Assembly (NCBI GenBank): GCA_963980225.1 | Contig: CAXBYW010000002.1 | Coordinates: 1 to 37,501 of the forward strand | Reading direction: 5' to 3' | DNA length: 37,501 bases | From: an uncultured bacterium | GTDB lineage: Bacteria > Patescibacteriota > Microgenomatia > UBA1400 > MFAQ01 | In this document: piece by piece, positions 1-8,653 of the stretch | How the letters are laid out: every line of letters begins with the position of its first letter | How positions within the stretch are numbered: position 1 is the first letter of the stretch | Program-made: the position numbers and the translations under genes | Notes under the pieces: model-generated | Told to the model about the DNA's origin: nothing | The model's input: the letters and a program-made list of their open reading frames with translations, nothing else | Database searches by the model: none

Positions 1-2344
1 CTGTAATGGCTCCAACTACGTCTAGGGCTACAGTTGGATTAGTGGTGCCGATGCCTACACTACCGTCTGCTTCTATTACAAACCTGTCTCCGCCTACCCC
101 AGAAGAAGTATTAACTTCAAAAGCGTTAGCGGTGGCTCCTGAAGCTAGAGTAATTTTTTGACCTACTACGGCGGTTGAACCTAATCCTAAGTGGAGTAAG
201 GCTGTGGGAACGGTGGTGCCGATTCCGATAAGGCCGGATGAGTCGAAGATAGCTGAGTCGGTTAAGGAGTCAGAAGCACTCCACTTAGGTATAAATGTAG
301 GAGTACCAGCTCCACCGAGAGCGCCAGATGCACAACTACCCCAGGTAGGAGCGCTGCCGGCATTGGATTTTAGACATTCACCTGAAGAGCCGACTGCGGT
401 TAGTTCTAGAGAGTCTGCGTCTGAGTAGGCGATTGCTCCGGCAGCTGCGGTAATGTTTTTGTTGGTGCCTCCGTTAGCTAGGGGTAGAACTCCGGTAACA
501 TCTGCAGTAAGACTAATAGTATTGCCGCCAGATAGAATGCCAGAAGCTGATTTGACGAAACCGTCAGATAATCCACTAAAAGTAATTGTGCCTGAAGAGG
601 TGATTCCGGTGGCTGCGGCTATAGCGCCTGAGCTATTTACCTGGAATTGGCTAGTGGAACCGACTGATAGGAGAGAGGTTGGATTGGTTGTGCCGACACC
701 AAGACTTCCAGCGATGTATGTTTCACCATCCTGTTCTACTGTGAATCTATCTGTTTCAGAAGAACCAGAGGAGAGAGAAAGGAGGTCACCGGTGGCTGTA
801 TCGTTGCCTACATAGCCTGAAATTAGGTCGCCCGAGGTTAGATTGGCGTTAGTTACTCTTATGGTGTCTCCAGTAGTGGTGCCGCCAATGGCTAGTATCT
901 GTCCAGTTCCATCTGGTTGTAGAGTGATGTTGCCATCTGAGCTGACGGCGGTTGCTAGGGTAAGAGCTTGACCTTGTATCTTGAAGGTGCCAGCGGTGGA
1001 GTCTATTGTAGGGGAGGTAGCACCGATACTAATGTTGCCGGAGTTATCTATATACGGAATGCTGTTAGCAGTAGTACCGGCAGGATACCCCTGTAGGGTT
1101 TCTGTATTTAGTGCGTAAGCTACTGTGGCGATCTGCTGTCTTGGATCTAAGGTCTCGGCGCCAACGGTGACTTCCAGCCAAACGGCGGTGTTTTCTGAGA
1201 AAACTGTAGCGGCAATCTCTGATCCACAAGCCCCATCGCCTATGAGGACATTAAAGATACCGTCTTGGTCGGGAGAGACGGAACAGGTGCTGGAGGAGTA
1301 GAGTTCTGAGCCTACTGTGGCGTCATCAAACAACTTAAAGACGACATTGACTGAAGTGGTAATGGGGTTGTCTGATGAGTCGGTGAGTCTACCCTGGAAG
1401 CTTAACTGTCTAGTAGGAGCTGTAGGGCTGGTAGGATAGGCCTGACTCTTAGGAGCTTGTTTAATGATCTGGTTATATCCAAAGAGACCTAAGGCGGTAG
1501 TGAAGAGGACTAGAAGGGCTAGGTGAAGGTAAGGAGTAAAGGCCCATGAGTGATAGGTTTGGTAGAGGTTTTTTGGTGTTATGTCTTTCTTTCTTGTCAC
1601 TCTTGTCATCCAAGATAGAGGTTTTAGAGGCTTAATAGTACGAGGAGTGAAGAAAGGGTCTTTTTCAATTAGGTTGGTGGCGAGAGCAAATTGAGTGAAT
1701 TTTTTAATGGAAGAAAGACGACGATTGATGACTGATTGACCAACTTGAGATAGTTTGAGATAGTTTGAGTAAGTCTTGAGATTCAGGGGTGAAAGCTTGA
1801 AAAGGTTGGTGTTTCCGTCTGTTTTACCTAAAGAGTTGCTATTTGTTTGGTTTGAGGTGTCTTTTGTTGGATATGAGCCTTTTGTTAAATACTTAGCAGA
1901 CCAAGCTAAGTAGTGATTGATATCTGAAGCGTAGTTTTTGACGGTTGAGTGGGAAAGTTTTTGAGATTCTAGGTAGGAACGGAAGTTTTTGATGAGGTTC
2001 TCGTTTGGTTTTGAGAGGCTGGTTGTTCGTGGTGCTTCCTTCTTGCCAGGTATGTCGATGGAGAGGGAAAGATTGTGCTTGATGAATAGAAAGGTAGTGA
2101 AACGGCGAATTGAGGCTAAGTGGCGGTTGTAGGATGAAGTGGGAAGAGATTGTTTGATGTGGGCGAGGTAGAGGTGGAGTTTGGCATTGTTGAAGTCGTC
2201 GAAGTTTTCCAGTGAAGTGAGGAGCTTACGCACGTCTGATACGTAGTTTTTGACTGTAACTGCCGAGAGCGGCCTGCCCTTTGGACCTTTAAGGTCCTGA
2301 AGGAAGAGCTTGAATTGGTTTAGTAATTCCCGGGCAGGAGGCAT
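1..2344 (-). CDS. Large membrane-anchored surface fibre protein, N-terminal 781 codons only (ORF leaves the window at the left edge): two tandem phage-integrase-N-terminal SAM-like (core-binding type) domains, one TM helix, then Gly/Thr/Ser-rich tail-fibre-like repeats
   Basis: Own translation from ATG 2344..2342 stays open to position 2. It is absent from the track because no stop lies in the window. Starts MPPARELLNQFKLFLQDLKG. Two copies of the pattern S-x-(S/V)-T-V-K-N-Y-x-S-D ... N-R-x-L-(A/S)-S-I-(R/K)-(R/K)-F. Hydrophobic helix WAFTPYLHLALLVLFTTALGLFGY at about nt 1480-1550. Three G-(I/V)-G-T-T-x-P-T-x-x-L motifs further on. Confidence 0.8.
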   Translation of the reverse strand, partial: MPPARELLNQFKLFLQDLKGPKGRPLSAVTVKNYVSDVRKLLTSLENFDDFNNAKLHLYLAHIKQSLPTSSYNRHLASIRRFTTFLFIKHNLSLSIDIPGKKEAPRTTSLSKPNENLIKNFRSYLESQKLSHSTVKNYASDINHYLAWSAKYLTKGSYPTKDTSNQTNSNSLGKTDGNTNLFKLSPLNLKTYSNYLKLSQVGQSVINRRLSSIKKFTQFALATNLIEKDPFFTPRTIKPLKPLSWMTRVTRKKDITPKNLYQTYHSWAFTPYLHLALLVLFTTALGLFGYNQIIKQAPKSQAYPTSPTAPTRQLSFQGRLTDSSDNPITTSVNVVFKLFDDATVGSELYSSSTCSVSPDQDGIFNVLIGDGACGSEIAATVFSENTAVWLEVTVGAETLDPRQQIATVAYALNTETLQGYPAGTTANSIPYIDNSGNISIGATSPTIDSTAGTFKIQGQALTLATAVSSDGNITLQPDGTGQILAIGGTTTGDTIRVTNANLTSGDLISGYVGNDTATGDLLSLSSGSSETDRFTVEQDGETYIAGSLGVGTTNPTSLLSVGSTSQFQVNSSGAIAAATGITSSGTITFSGLSDGFVKSASGILSGGNTISLTADVTGVLPLANGGTNKNITAAAGAIAYSDADSLELTAVGSSGECLKSNAGSAPTWGSCASGALGGAGTPTFIPKWSASDSLTDSAIFDSSGLIGIGTTVPTALLHLGLGSTAVVGQKITLASGATANAFEVNTSSGVGGDRFVIEADGSVGIGTTNPTVALDVVGAIT

Positions 2345-2347
2345 TGG

Positions 2348-2473
2348 TTATTTAGCTGCGATTAAGAATAATAATATGGCTGGGAGGAGGAAGGCCAGGG
2401 TAGCGGTGATTATTTCTAGAGCCTTTTGAGGTGTTTGGTAGGTGGTTGTTTGATTGAAGTCTTGGATTTTCAT
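2348..2473 (-). CDS. 41-aa single-pass membrane peptide; its stop lies 3 nt before the start of the large fibre ORF
   Basis: ATG 2473..2471, TAA 2350..2348. Sequence MKIQDFNQTTTYQTPQKALEIITATLAFLLPAILLFLIAAK. Below the track size cutoff; no clear SD. Confidence 0.35.
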   Translation of the reverse strand: MKIQDFNQTTTYQTPQKALEIITATLAFLLPAILLFLIAAK

Positions 2474-2938
2474 GGATTGTTAATTAATTGTTGATAAGCG
2501 TGGTTTAGGTTTAAATTAGACCTTTTTATACGCTCTTATACTACTATAATAATAAGGGAGTTCGCTGTCAAGAGGCTAATGCAGGTTGCTTGCGGAGATA
2601 GTTTTTTAGTCTATCTAGGTACGGAATAAGAAAATCTTAAAGTTTAATTACCGATAATCTTTGCGGTATATGTTTATTTATTGCGGTAATAAAGGCTGTT
2701 AATGGCTGTTTACGCTGCGGAAATAGCTGTCTTTTCACACTGTTGTACACAATATGACAAATGATACATAAAGAGGTACTTTGAAATGGTATAGAGTGAT
2801 TTGATATCTTGCGGAAATTGAGTGATTAACTTTGATTTAAATGCTTTGATTACATCGCTTTTTATATTTACAACCTTTTAATCATTCTTTAAAAGAACGT
2901 GTGTTGCATAAAGTTAGATGTTTAGAGGGTTCGAAGAC

Positions 2939-4414
2939 CTATACTTGCTTGCCTTTTGATTGAATATACTCGGTGTAGAGAAGGTCTAGACCACCGATGA
3001 GAAGGATGAAAGCGGGGAAGTTGATGGTGAATGTAAGGGAAATAATAGCAGTGAACATAGAAAAGGCTAAAGCCAGTGACCTGGTATTAAGGGAGATGTT
3101 TCGGAAGCCTTCTAGAAGGGTTCTGGAGTCTTTTAGCTTTAGAATAATGGGGTTGGGGACGTTGTTTGTGCCTAAGATGATGGAGAAAGGTTCATATCCG
3201 GGAAAGATGACTTTTAGGAAAGCTGGTTGGTTGGGTAGATAGAATGTGTTTTGTAGATCGCTTAAGTTAGAGTAGATTAGTTTTTGGTTGTTTGGGTCAT
3301 AAAGAAGTATGGTGGTGAAAGGGAGACCGGTCTGGTTTGGCTTGGTTTTTAAGAACGGCCAGAAGAGAATAAGGAGAAGATTGGGGATGAGTTTTAAGCG
3401 AATACTGGCGCCAAAGGCAGTCATGGTGATGTGTAATAGGAGGCCAAACAGGCTTAAATTAAGCCATCTCTGGGTAGTGGTTTGTTTTTGTTTTGGAGTA
3501 GGGATTGGTTCTGGTAGTTTGTGTGGAGGAGCTGGTGGTGGTTCTTTGAGTTCTATTATTTCTTGAGGGATCTCTGTGGGTTTTGAAGTAGGAGAAATTA
3601 TTGGAGAGAGTGATGGGGTAGTTGTGGGGGTTGGTGTAGGCAGGAAAGGGAGAGATACTAGGGGGGTAGGGGTATATGTAATAGTGAACTCTGGGAAGAT
3701 GTTGCTATTACCGGCGGCGTCTGTAGCTGAGAGGAAAGCAGAGTAGGTAATGTTAGGTACTAGGTTGTAAAAGCGGTGTTTCCATTCACCATCTGGATCG
3801 TTTATGGTGATCGTCATGTTTTGGCAGGAAGGTGTTCCAGTTGGACAGACAAGGGAGAGTTTGAAGTTACTTAGAGCCTCTACCTTGCCCGACAAGAGGG
3901 GATTTTTGGTGGTGACCGTTAGATGGCGGTATTGGTAGGCGGGGATGGTGTAAGGGTCGTTTGAGGCCCAGTACATTGCTGTTTTGTCTACGGCCTGGAG
4001 GATGATGATGGGGATGGTTGCGTCTACATAGAAAGTATGGGTTTCGGAAGTGGCTGATGTATCACCGGTGCTGTAGGCAGTTACATACCAAGTATGCTTG
4101 CCGTCCTGGATGGGGGTGCTTAAGGTTGTATAGATGACGCCTGCTATGGCAGTAGAGTGGTCGATGTAGCTTGAGACGATGACGTCGTCTACATACAGGG
4201 TGTAGTGGCTGATATTGGCGCTGGGGGTAGATGTGTTCCAAGAAAACTGTTCGTAACGGTTGTTAGTTAGAGAGTCGTCTACTGGGGTGATCAAGACTGG
4301 AGCGGTGATGGTAGAGACAGCGATGGTGGCGGAGTTGGTGATGTCGCCCGAGCCTAAGGGGTTGGTGACGGCTAGGACGGTCGATAGTAGAAAAGCAGAC
4401 AAAATCTTGAGCAT
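2939..4414 (-). CDS. Secreted/membrane protein: signal peptide, Ig/FN3-like beta domains, Pro/Thr-rich linker, polytopic C-terminus with an embedded small beta-sandwich-like segment
   Basis: 491-aa ORF. N-terminus MLKILSAFLLSTVLAV. Pattern W..Y.LYVDD...G.H.WYV.A...G......H.F.VD..IP typical of bacterial Ig-like repeats. Linker PTPTPTTTPSLSPIISPTSKPTEIP...PPPAPPHKLPEPIPTP. Hydrophobic helices near both sides of residues 330-370 and at the C-terminus. Confidence 0.7.
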   Translation of the reverse strand: MLKILSAFLLSTVLAVTNPLGSGDITNSATIAVSTITAPVLITPVDDSLTNNRYEQFSWNTSTPSANISHYTLYVDDVIVSSYIDHSTAIAGVIYTTLSTPIQDGKHTWYVTAYSTGDTSATSETHTFYVDATIPIIILQAVDKTAMYWASNDPYTIPAYQYRHLTVTTKNPLLSGKVEALSNFKLSLVCPTGTPSCQNMTITINDPDGEWKHRFYNLVPNITYSAFLSATDAAGNSNIFPEFTITYTPTPLVSLPFLPTPTPTTTPSLSPIISPTSKPTEIPQEIIELKEPPPAPPHKLPEPIPTPKQKQTTTQRWLNLSLFGLLLHITMTAFGASIRLKLIPNLLLILFWPFLKTKPNQTGLPFTTILLYDPNNQKLIYSNLSDLQNTFYLPNQPAFLKVIFPGYEPFSIILGTNNVPNPIILKLKDSRTLLEGFRNISLNTRSLALAFSMFTAIISLTFTINFPAFILLIGGLDLLYTEYIQSKGKQV

Positions 4415-4449
4415 TAAAGAAAGTATAGCTTAAAAGATTAAAGGAAAGA

Positions 4450-5418
4450 CTAGGATTGTTTGAGTTCTTCTTTGAGTTTTTCGATTTCTGTCTCTAGTTC
4501 TTGTTCGTGGGTTTTGTTTTTCTTGGCGTAGTGTTTTACTAGGAATATAATGGCGGTGATAAAGATGATTATGTAGATGATTAAGGCTACGGGGATGACG
4601 GTGAAGTAGATTAAGGCATTTAAGCTTTTACCTTGGGTGCCATATGCGGCTTGAAGATGAGCTTGGTAGCGACCAAAGAGCCATTTAGTAGGGATGGTGT
4701 TTTTGAAGGTTCTTTCTGCTTGAGGGAAGATGTTTTGTTCTTCTAGAGGAAGGTGAGTTAGTACGTCTCCAAACATGTTGGTTATGGTGATGATACCGGT
4801 AGGTCGAATGTGAGATGGGGATTGGTTGAGGATGGTGGTGTCTATGTCTAGTGGGCCGTGTTGAGAGAATTTTGGAGTGTGAAATTTGGTAACGAGAGCC
4901 ATTTCTTCATAGTCACCTGGGATGGTGATGTATAGGAGAGTGGCGATTCGAGGAGCAATGGAAGCACCGGAGGAAGTTTGATCTACATCTTGGACTGGTT
5001 CAAGTGTCTGGCCGACAGCTTCAAAGATGATTCCAGCATAGTGGCCACCGGGGAGAGCGTCTAGGTCTGTTTTTATCTTAAACTGGATCTCTATTTTGTC
5101 GTTAGCAGGAATGGTTAGGCGATCATAAGGTAGCTTGACCCAGCTGGCGGCAGAGTAGTTACTAGAGAAGTTTTTGTCTTCTAAGAAAACCGGAGTACCT
5201 TGGTCATCTTCTATTATGAAGTCAACAACTTTAATCGTTCCAGAGATTGGAGATTCGGAGATGTTGATTAGTTTAAGAATAGCGGTGCTGGTTTCACCAG
5301 GTTTCATTTCCATCTGTTGACGAACAGGGGAGACGGTTAAGGGGACAGAGTCGACGGCCAAGACGGAAGAGGGAAGTATGAAGAAGGCAAGGATGATTAG
5401 GGGCAGGGTTTTTTTCAT
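4450..5418 (-). CDS. DUF916/DUF3324-like (WxL-interacting-protein-like) cell-surface protein with signal peptide and C-terminal TM anchor
   Basis: 322 aa. Starts MKKTLPLIILAFFILPSSVLA. Contains ...KPGETSTAILKLINISESPISG...FIIEDDQGTPVF...W...LPGGHYAGIIFEAV. Second beta domain ends ...GRYQAHLQAAYG. Single C-terminal helix VIPVALIIYIIIFITAIIFLV followed by a basic/coiled tail. Paralogous to 6920..7852. Confidence 0.7.
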   Translation of the reverse strand: MKKTLPLIILAFFILPSSVLAVDSVPLTVSPVRQQMEMKPGETSTAILKLINISESPISGTIKVVDFIIEDDQGTPVFLEDKNFSSNYSAASWVKLPYDRLTIPANDKIEIQFKIKTDLDALPGGHYAGIIFEAVGQTLEPVQDVDQTSSGASIAPRIATLLYITIPGDYEEMALVTKFHTPKFSQHGPLDIDTTILNQSPSHIRPTGIITITNMFGDVLTHLPLEEQNIFPQAERTFKNTIPTKWLFGRYQAHLQAAYGTQGKSLNALIYFTVIPVALIIYIIIFITAIIFLVKHYAKKNKTHEQELETEIEKLKEELKQS

Positions 5419-5420
5419 TT

Positions 5421-6875
5421 TTAGAAGGTGGCAGTGGCGGTGTAGCGCACGTTATTGAAGTAATAGCCAGCTGGTTGAGTGGCGGTGACGTCTATCCTGT
5501 AGCAGATATAGACTTGAGAGGTGTCTACTGGTCCAGTGTTGGTCATGACGGTCTGGGCTGTCTGACTGTCCTCGTCATCGGCAAATTGTTTGGCATTAAA
5601 AGTAGCAGCGGTGTCGTTGAATTCGAAAGAGGCTTCAGATACGGTGACTTCCTCTAGTGAGTAACCTAAGCCAGGATAGCTAGTAGGGTCTGCTCCCCAA
5701 TCCTGGAGGGTGATGTGAGTACAAGGAGTGCCGCCACAAGCAGTATCTTTTATACAGTTAGCGGCTTCACCGACATCGCCGGTACAGACACCTCCGTCTT
5801 TACCCATTTGGTCACTTTCTGTGGCTGTGACGGCGTAACCACCAGCAGCGTTGGTAGAGACTTGCAGTAGTTGGCTAGTGTTGTGGGTAGCAGCTAAGTA
5901 GGTAGGAGAGATGGTTCCCCAAGGAATGGAGTAAGCGGTGGAGTCGGGTGAGCTGGCGGTTCTAGTAACACCACAGGTGCCGGTGGTGCCGGAATCAGCG
6001 GTGACGCCGGTAACGGAGAAGGATAAGGTTTCGTCTATAGTGGCGGATACTAAAACGGCTTCTATTGGAGCAACAGATATATCAACGGTATCAATGATTT
6101 GACCGGTGGTGGCTGGGTCATCGTCGTAACTAGCAATGGTCCATTGATAGGCATCAGCGGTACCTTGAGTGTGACCAGAGGTTATTGGAGCTGGATTTAC
6201 AAGTCCAGGATCAGAGTCGATGGTTACGGTGATGGTGCCAGCGGTACAAGCGACGGTAGTGGTGGCGTCTATGGTGTGGTTGGTACCTGATCCAGCAGTG
6301 ATGTTTTCTGTAGCATTCCATGAACAACCTGTGCCACCAGAAACGGTGACGTCGGCTACTGCGATTCCATTTAGGTCCCAGCCGTTGGTGGCTGCAGTAG
6401 CGGCAGTATCTGGAGCTCCATCGTTACCTCCACTAGCTGGATCGGGAATGGAGATTCTGATGTAGCCATTGGCAGGGATGTTGTTTGCAATAGTGAAGGT
6501 GGCGGTAACGGTACCTGATTGGGTAGCGTAGATGGCATCACCATCACTGGCGCCTTCGGTTAGACCGGCTGATAGAGCGAAGTTGGTGCCGTCTATGATG
6601 TTACCGACGGTTACGTTGCCGTTAGGGCCAACGGAAATGGTGTCGTTAGGAAAAAGATGATTTGTGTTGTTGTCAGCGTTACTTGAACCCTGGATGAGGA
6701 TAGTAGTGTCTGCTGCGGTGTGAGCACCAGAAACCTTGGCGTAGTAAGAAAGTCTGGAGTTTGAAAGAGTAACGGATGCGGAGGTAAGGGCAGCAGAGGA
6801 AAGCTCGGATGGGGTAATAAGGGTAGTAATGAAGATAACCAGAAATGGCAATAGAAGCAGACCCTTTTTGCTCAT
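5421..6875 (-). CDS. Secreted beta-rich Gly/Thr/Ala-rich surface subunit, large paralogue of 7859..8614
   Basis: The track ORF starts at TTG 6911. I prefer ATG 6875, which gives MSKKGLLLLPFLVIFITTLITPSELSSA as a signal peptide. The C-terminal region shares DTAC...C-T-x-IT...W and the ending QPAGYYFNNVRYTATATF with 7859..8614. Confidence 0.75.
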   Translation of the reverse strand: MSKKGLLLLPFLVIFITTLITPSELSSAALTSASVTLSNSRLSYYAKVSGAHTAADTTILIQGSSNADNNTNHLFPNDTISVGPNGNVTVGNIIDGTNFALSAGLTEGASDGDAIYATQSGTVTATFTIANNIPANGYIRISIPDPASGGNDGAPDTAATAATNGWDLNGIAVADVTVSGGTGCSWNATENITAGSGTNHTIDATTTVACTAGTITVTIDSDPGLVNPAPITSGHTQGTADAYQWTIASYDDDPATTGQIIDTVDISVAPIEAVLVSATIDETLSFSVTGVTADSGTTGTCGVTRTASSPDSTAYSIPWGTISPTYLAATHNTSQLLQVSTNAAGGYAVTATESDQMGKDGGVCTGDVGEAANCIKDTACGGTPCTHITLQDWGADPTSYPGLGYSLEEVTVSEASFEFNDTAATFNAKQFADDEDSQTAQTVMTNTGPVDTSQVYICYRIDVTATQPAGYYFNNVRYTATATF

Positions 6876-6919
6876 AAAAGCTACTATGAAGTACTTATCA
6901 TAAGTTGTCAAACTTTTAC

Positions 6920-7852
6920 CTACTGGCTTTTTTTAAGTGTGAATTTTAGGAGAAGAATGGCGACTAGAAGACCAAGAATTGCTTTGATGGGAAGAAGAAT
7001 AAGACTGATGGAGTTTTGAGTAGAGCCGTTTTCTGAGCGGATGTTTATACTGGCTTTATATCGGCCAACTTGGGTTAGTCTGGGAGTAAATTGAAGCTGA
7101 CTACTGGATGAGGCTACTAGTTCTCTGGTAGATTGGGCGAGGACGTTAACGGGAAGGAGGGACTGAATGTGGGATACATTTGTGCCTTTGTGGATCTGAA
7201 ACAGGCCGTGGGCTTCGGTGAGATGTCTGCCCAAGTTTTCTAGTTTGGCTGAGAATCTTATGGGAGAGAAGTTGTCTAGGATGTAGGTTTGGCCTATTTT
7301 AATAAAACGGGTATCTATTGGTTTTAGATCAATGATGTTTAGGATGGTGGGTGGAGCAGCTTGGTTGGAGATGGTCAAAAGGACGTTGGCTCCAATGGAC
7401 CCGGAGACAAAGCTTTGATTTAATCCCAGTTCTCCAGTTTCTGAGACTTGCTCTGAGTTTACTAGGATGGTGGCGTAGTGATCTGCGGGTACAGTGTTTT
7501 CTGGAATTTTTATACTTAGTACTAGTTGGTCTGAGCTATTAGGTAGTAATGTAAATGGTTTGCCTAAGGCAATCTCTGAGTTTGCTAGTGAAAAATAAGA
7601 AAGCCAGGCTGGGTGAAGCTGTGTTTGTAGGCTGGGATTACCTTGGTCGTCTTCTGGTAGGAAAGGAACTATTCTGGGAGTGAGTTTGATAGGAGTTGAG
7701 TTATTGTTATATATAGTAAAGACTTGGGAAATGGACTTGCCTGGCTTGATAGTGGCCTGAAGTAGAGGGGGAGATATGCTTAAGTTTAAACCTTGAGCTA
7801 GGGCTTGTTTTGGAGTTAGAAGTAGTATGGTGAGGATGATAAGTTTTTTCAT
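6920..7852 (-). CDS. DUF916/DUF3324-like cell-surface protein with signal peptide and C-terminal TM anchor (paralogue of 4450..5418)
   Basis: 310 aa. Starts MKKLIILTILLLTPKQALA. Contains SISPPLLQATIKPGKS...IYNNNSTPI...FLPEDDQGNP...W...PADHYATILV. C-terminal helix ILGLLVAILLLKFTL followed by KKSQ. Confidence 0.7.
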   Translation of the reverse strand: MKKLIILTILLLTPKQALAQGLNLSISPPLLQATIKPGKSISQVFTIYNNNSTPIKLTPRIVPFLPEDDQGNPSLQTQLHPAWLSYFSLANSEIALGKPFTLLPNSSDQLVLSIKIPENTVPADHYATILVNSEQVSETGELGLNQSFVSGSIGANVLLTISNQAAPPTILNIIDLKPIDTRFIKIGQTYILDNFSPIRFSAKLENLGRHLTEAHGLFQIHKGTNVSHIQSLLPVNVLAQSTRELVASSSSQLQFTPRLTQVGRYKASINIRSENGSTQNSISLILLPIKAILGLLVAILLLKFTLKKSQ

Positions 7853-7858
7853 AAGAGG

Positions 7859-8614
7859 TTAAAAGCTAGGGATGGCTACGAATCTAATAGGGGTGGTGTA
7901 GTAGCCAGCAGGTTGGATGGTGGAGACGTTGGCCTTGTAGGTAACGGTGGCAGCAGAAGAAGTAGCAATACCGGTAGCGGACATAATCGTGGCTGGAGAG
8001 TCGGCGTCTTCATCGTTTGAGAAGGGCCTAAAGTAGGTTGAGTCTACGAAATCTGATGTGTCTACGTCGTCACCGGACATGTTGTAACCAAAACCGTAGT
8101 CGGTGTTACTGGCCCAGACGTTAGCATCGGTAATGGTGCAAGCAGTAGCGGCGTCGCAAGCAGTATCAGGAACATCGTTGACACCGTTTCTTAGTTCGTG
8201 ATTTTCTATCGCTTTAACTGTGTAGCCATAGGCGTTACCAGTGGATATCGTCAAAGTGTTGGTGGTGGTGGAGGGGGTTTGGGCAATTAAAGTACCTAGA
8301 TCTATAGTTAGGTCGGAGATGGTGAAGGAAAAGCGAATAAGGGAGTGGATGTACTGGAAGCCGGCTCTGACTCTATAGCCATTAGAGTCGAACTGTCCCT
8401 GGAAGGTTTGGCCTACGGTGTCTGTTAGGTTATAGGTAGCGGAAGTTTTCTTGCCACCGGTCATATTGATGTTGCTCATGTCTACTCTATAGGTATCAGA
8501 CCTTAGGTTTTCGGCTAGTAAGGTCTTTGTGAGGGTCAAAAAGAGTATAGTTGAGGCTAAAATAAGAAGTGTCTGATGGGGTTTGATAGATTTGTTGGGT
8601 TGGGGGTGATACAT
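7859..8614 (-). CDS. Secreted beta-rich surface subunit (small paralogue)
   Basis: 251 aa. Hydrophobic signal-like segment TLLILASTILFLTLTKTLLA. Repeated S/T-x-x-Y-x-V/L strands. Cys pair DTACDAATACTITDANVW. Ends QPAGYYTTPIRFVAIPSF. Confidence 0.75.
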   Translation of the reverse strand: MYHPQPNKSIKPHQTLLILASTILFLTLTKTLLAENLRSDTYRVDMSNINMTGGKKTSATYNLTDTVGQTFQGQFDSNGYRVRAGFQYIHSLIRFSFTISDLTIDLGTLIAQTPSTTTNTLTISTGNAYGYTVKAIENHELRNGVNDVPDTACDAATACTITDANVWASNTDYGFGYNMSGDDVDTSDFVDSTYFRPFSNDEDADSPATIMSATGIATSSAATVTYKANVSTIQPAGYYTTPIRFVAIPSF

Positions 8615-8653
8615 TTGTTGTTAGCCTTAAGAGGGCTTTATAAAACCCGAATT

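Noticed and set aside
204-815. Plus-strand ORFs 204..428 and 453..815
   Set aside because: They lie antisense to the continuous 781-codon minus-strand ORF, whose sequence has recognisable domains. They are typical mirror ORFs in a repeat-rich, compositionally biased gene.
1-2344. Integrase / mobile element call based on the SAM-like N-terminal domains
   Set aside because: No tyrosine-recombinase catalytic domain follows. The domains are fused to a TM helix and a fibre ectodomain, and no att-like repeats or other phage genes flank it.
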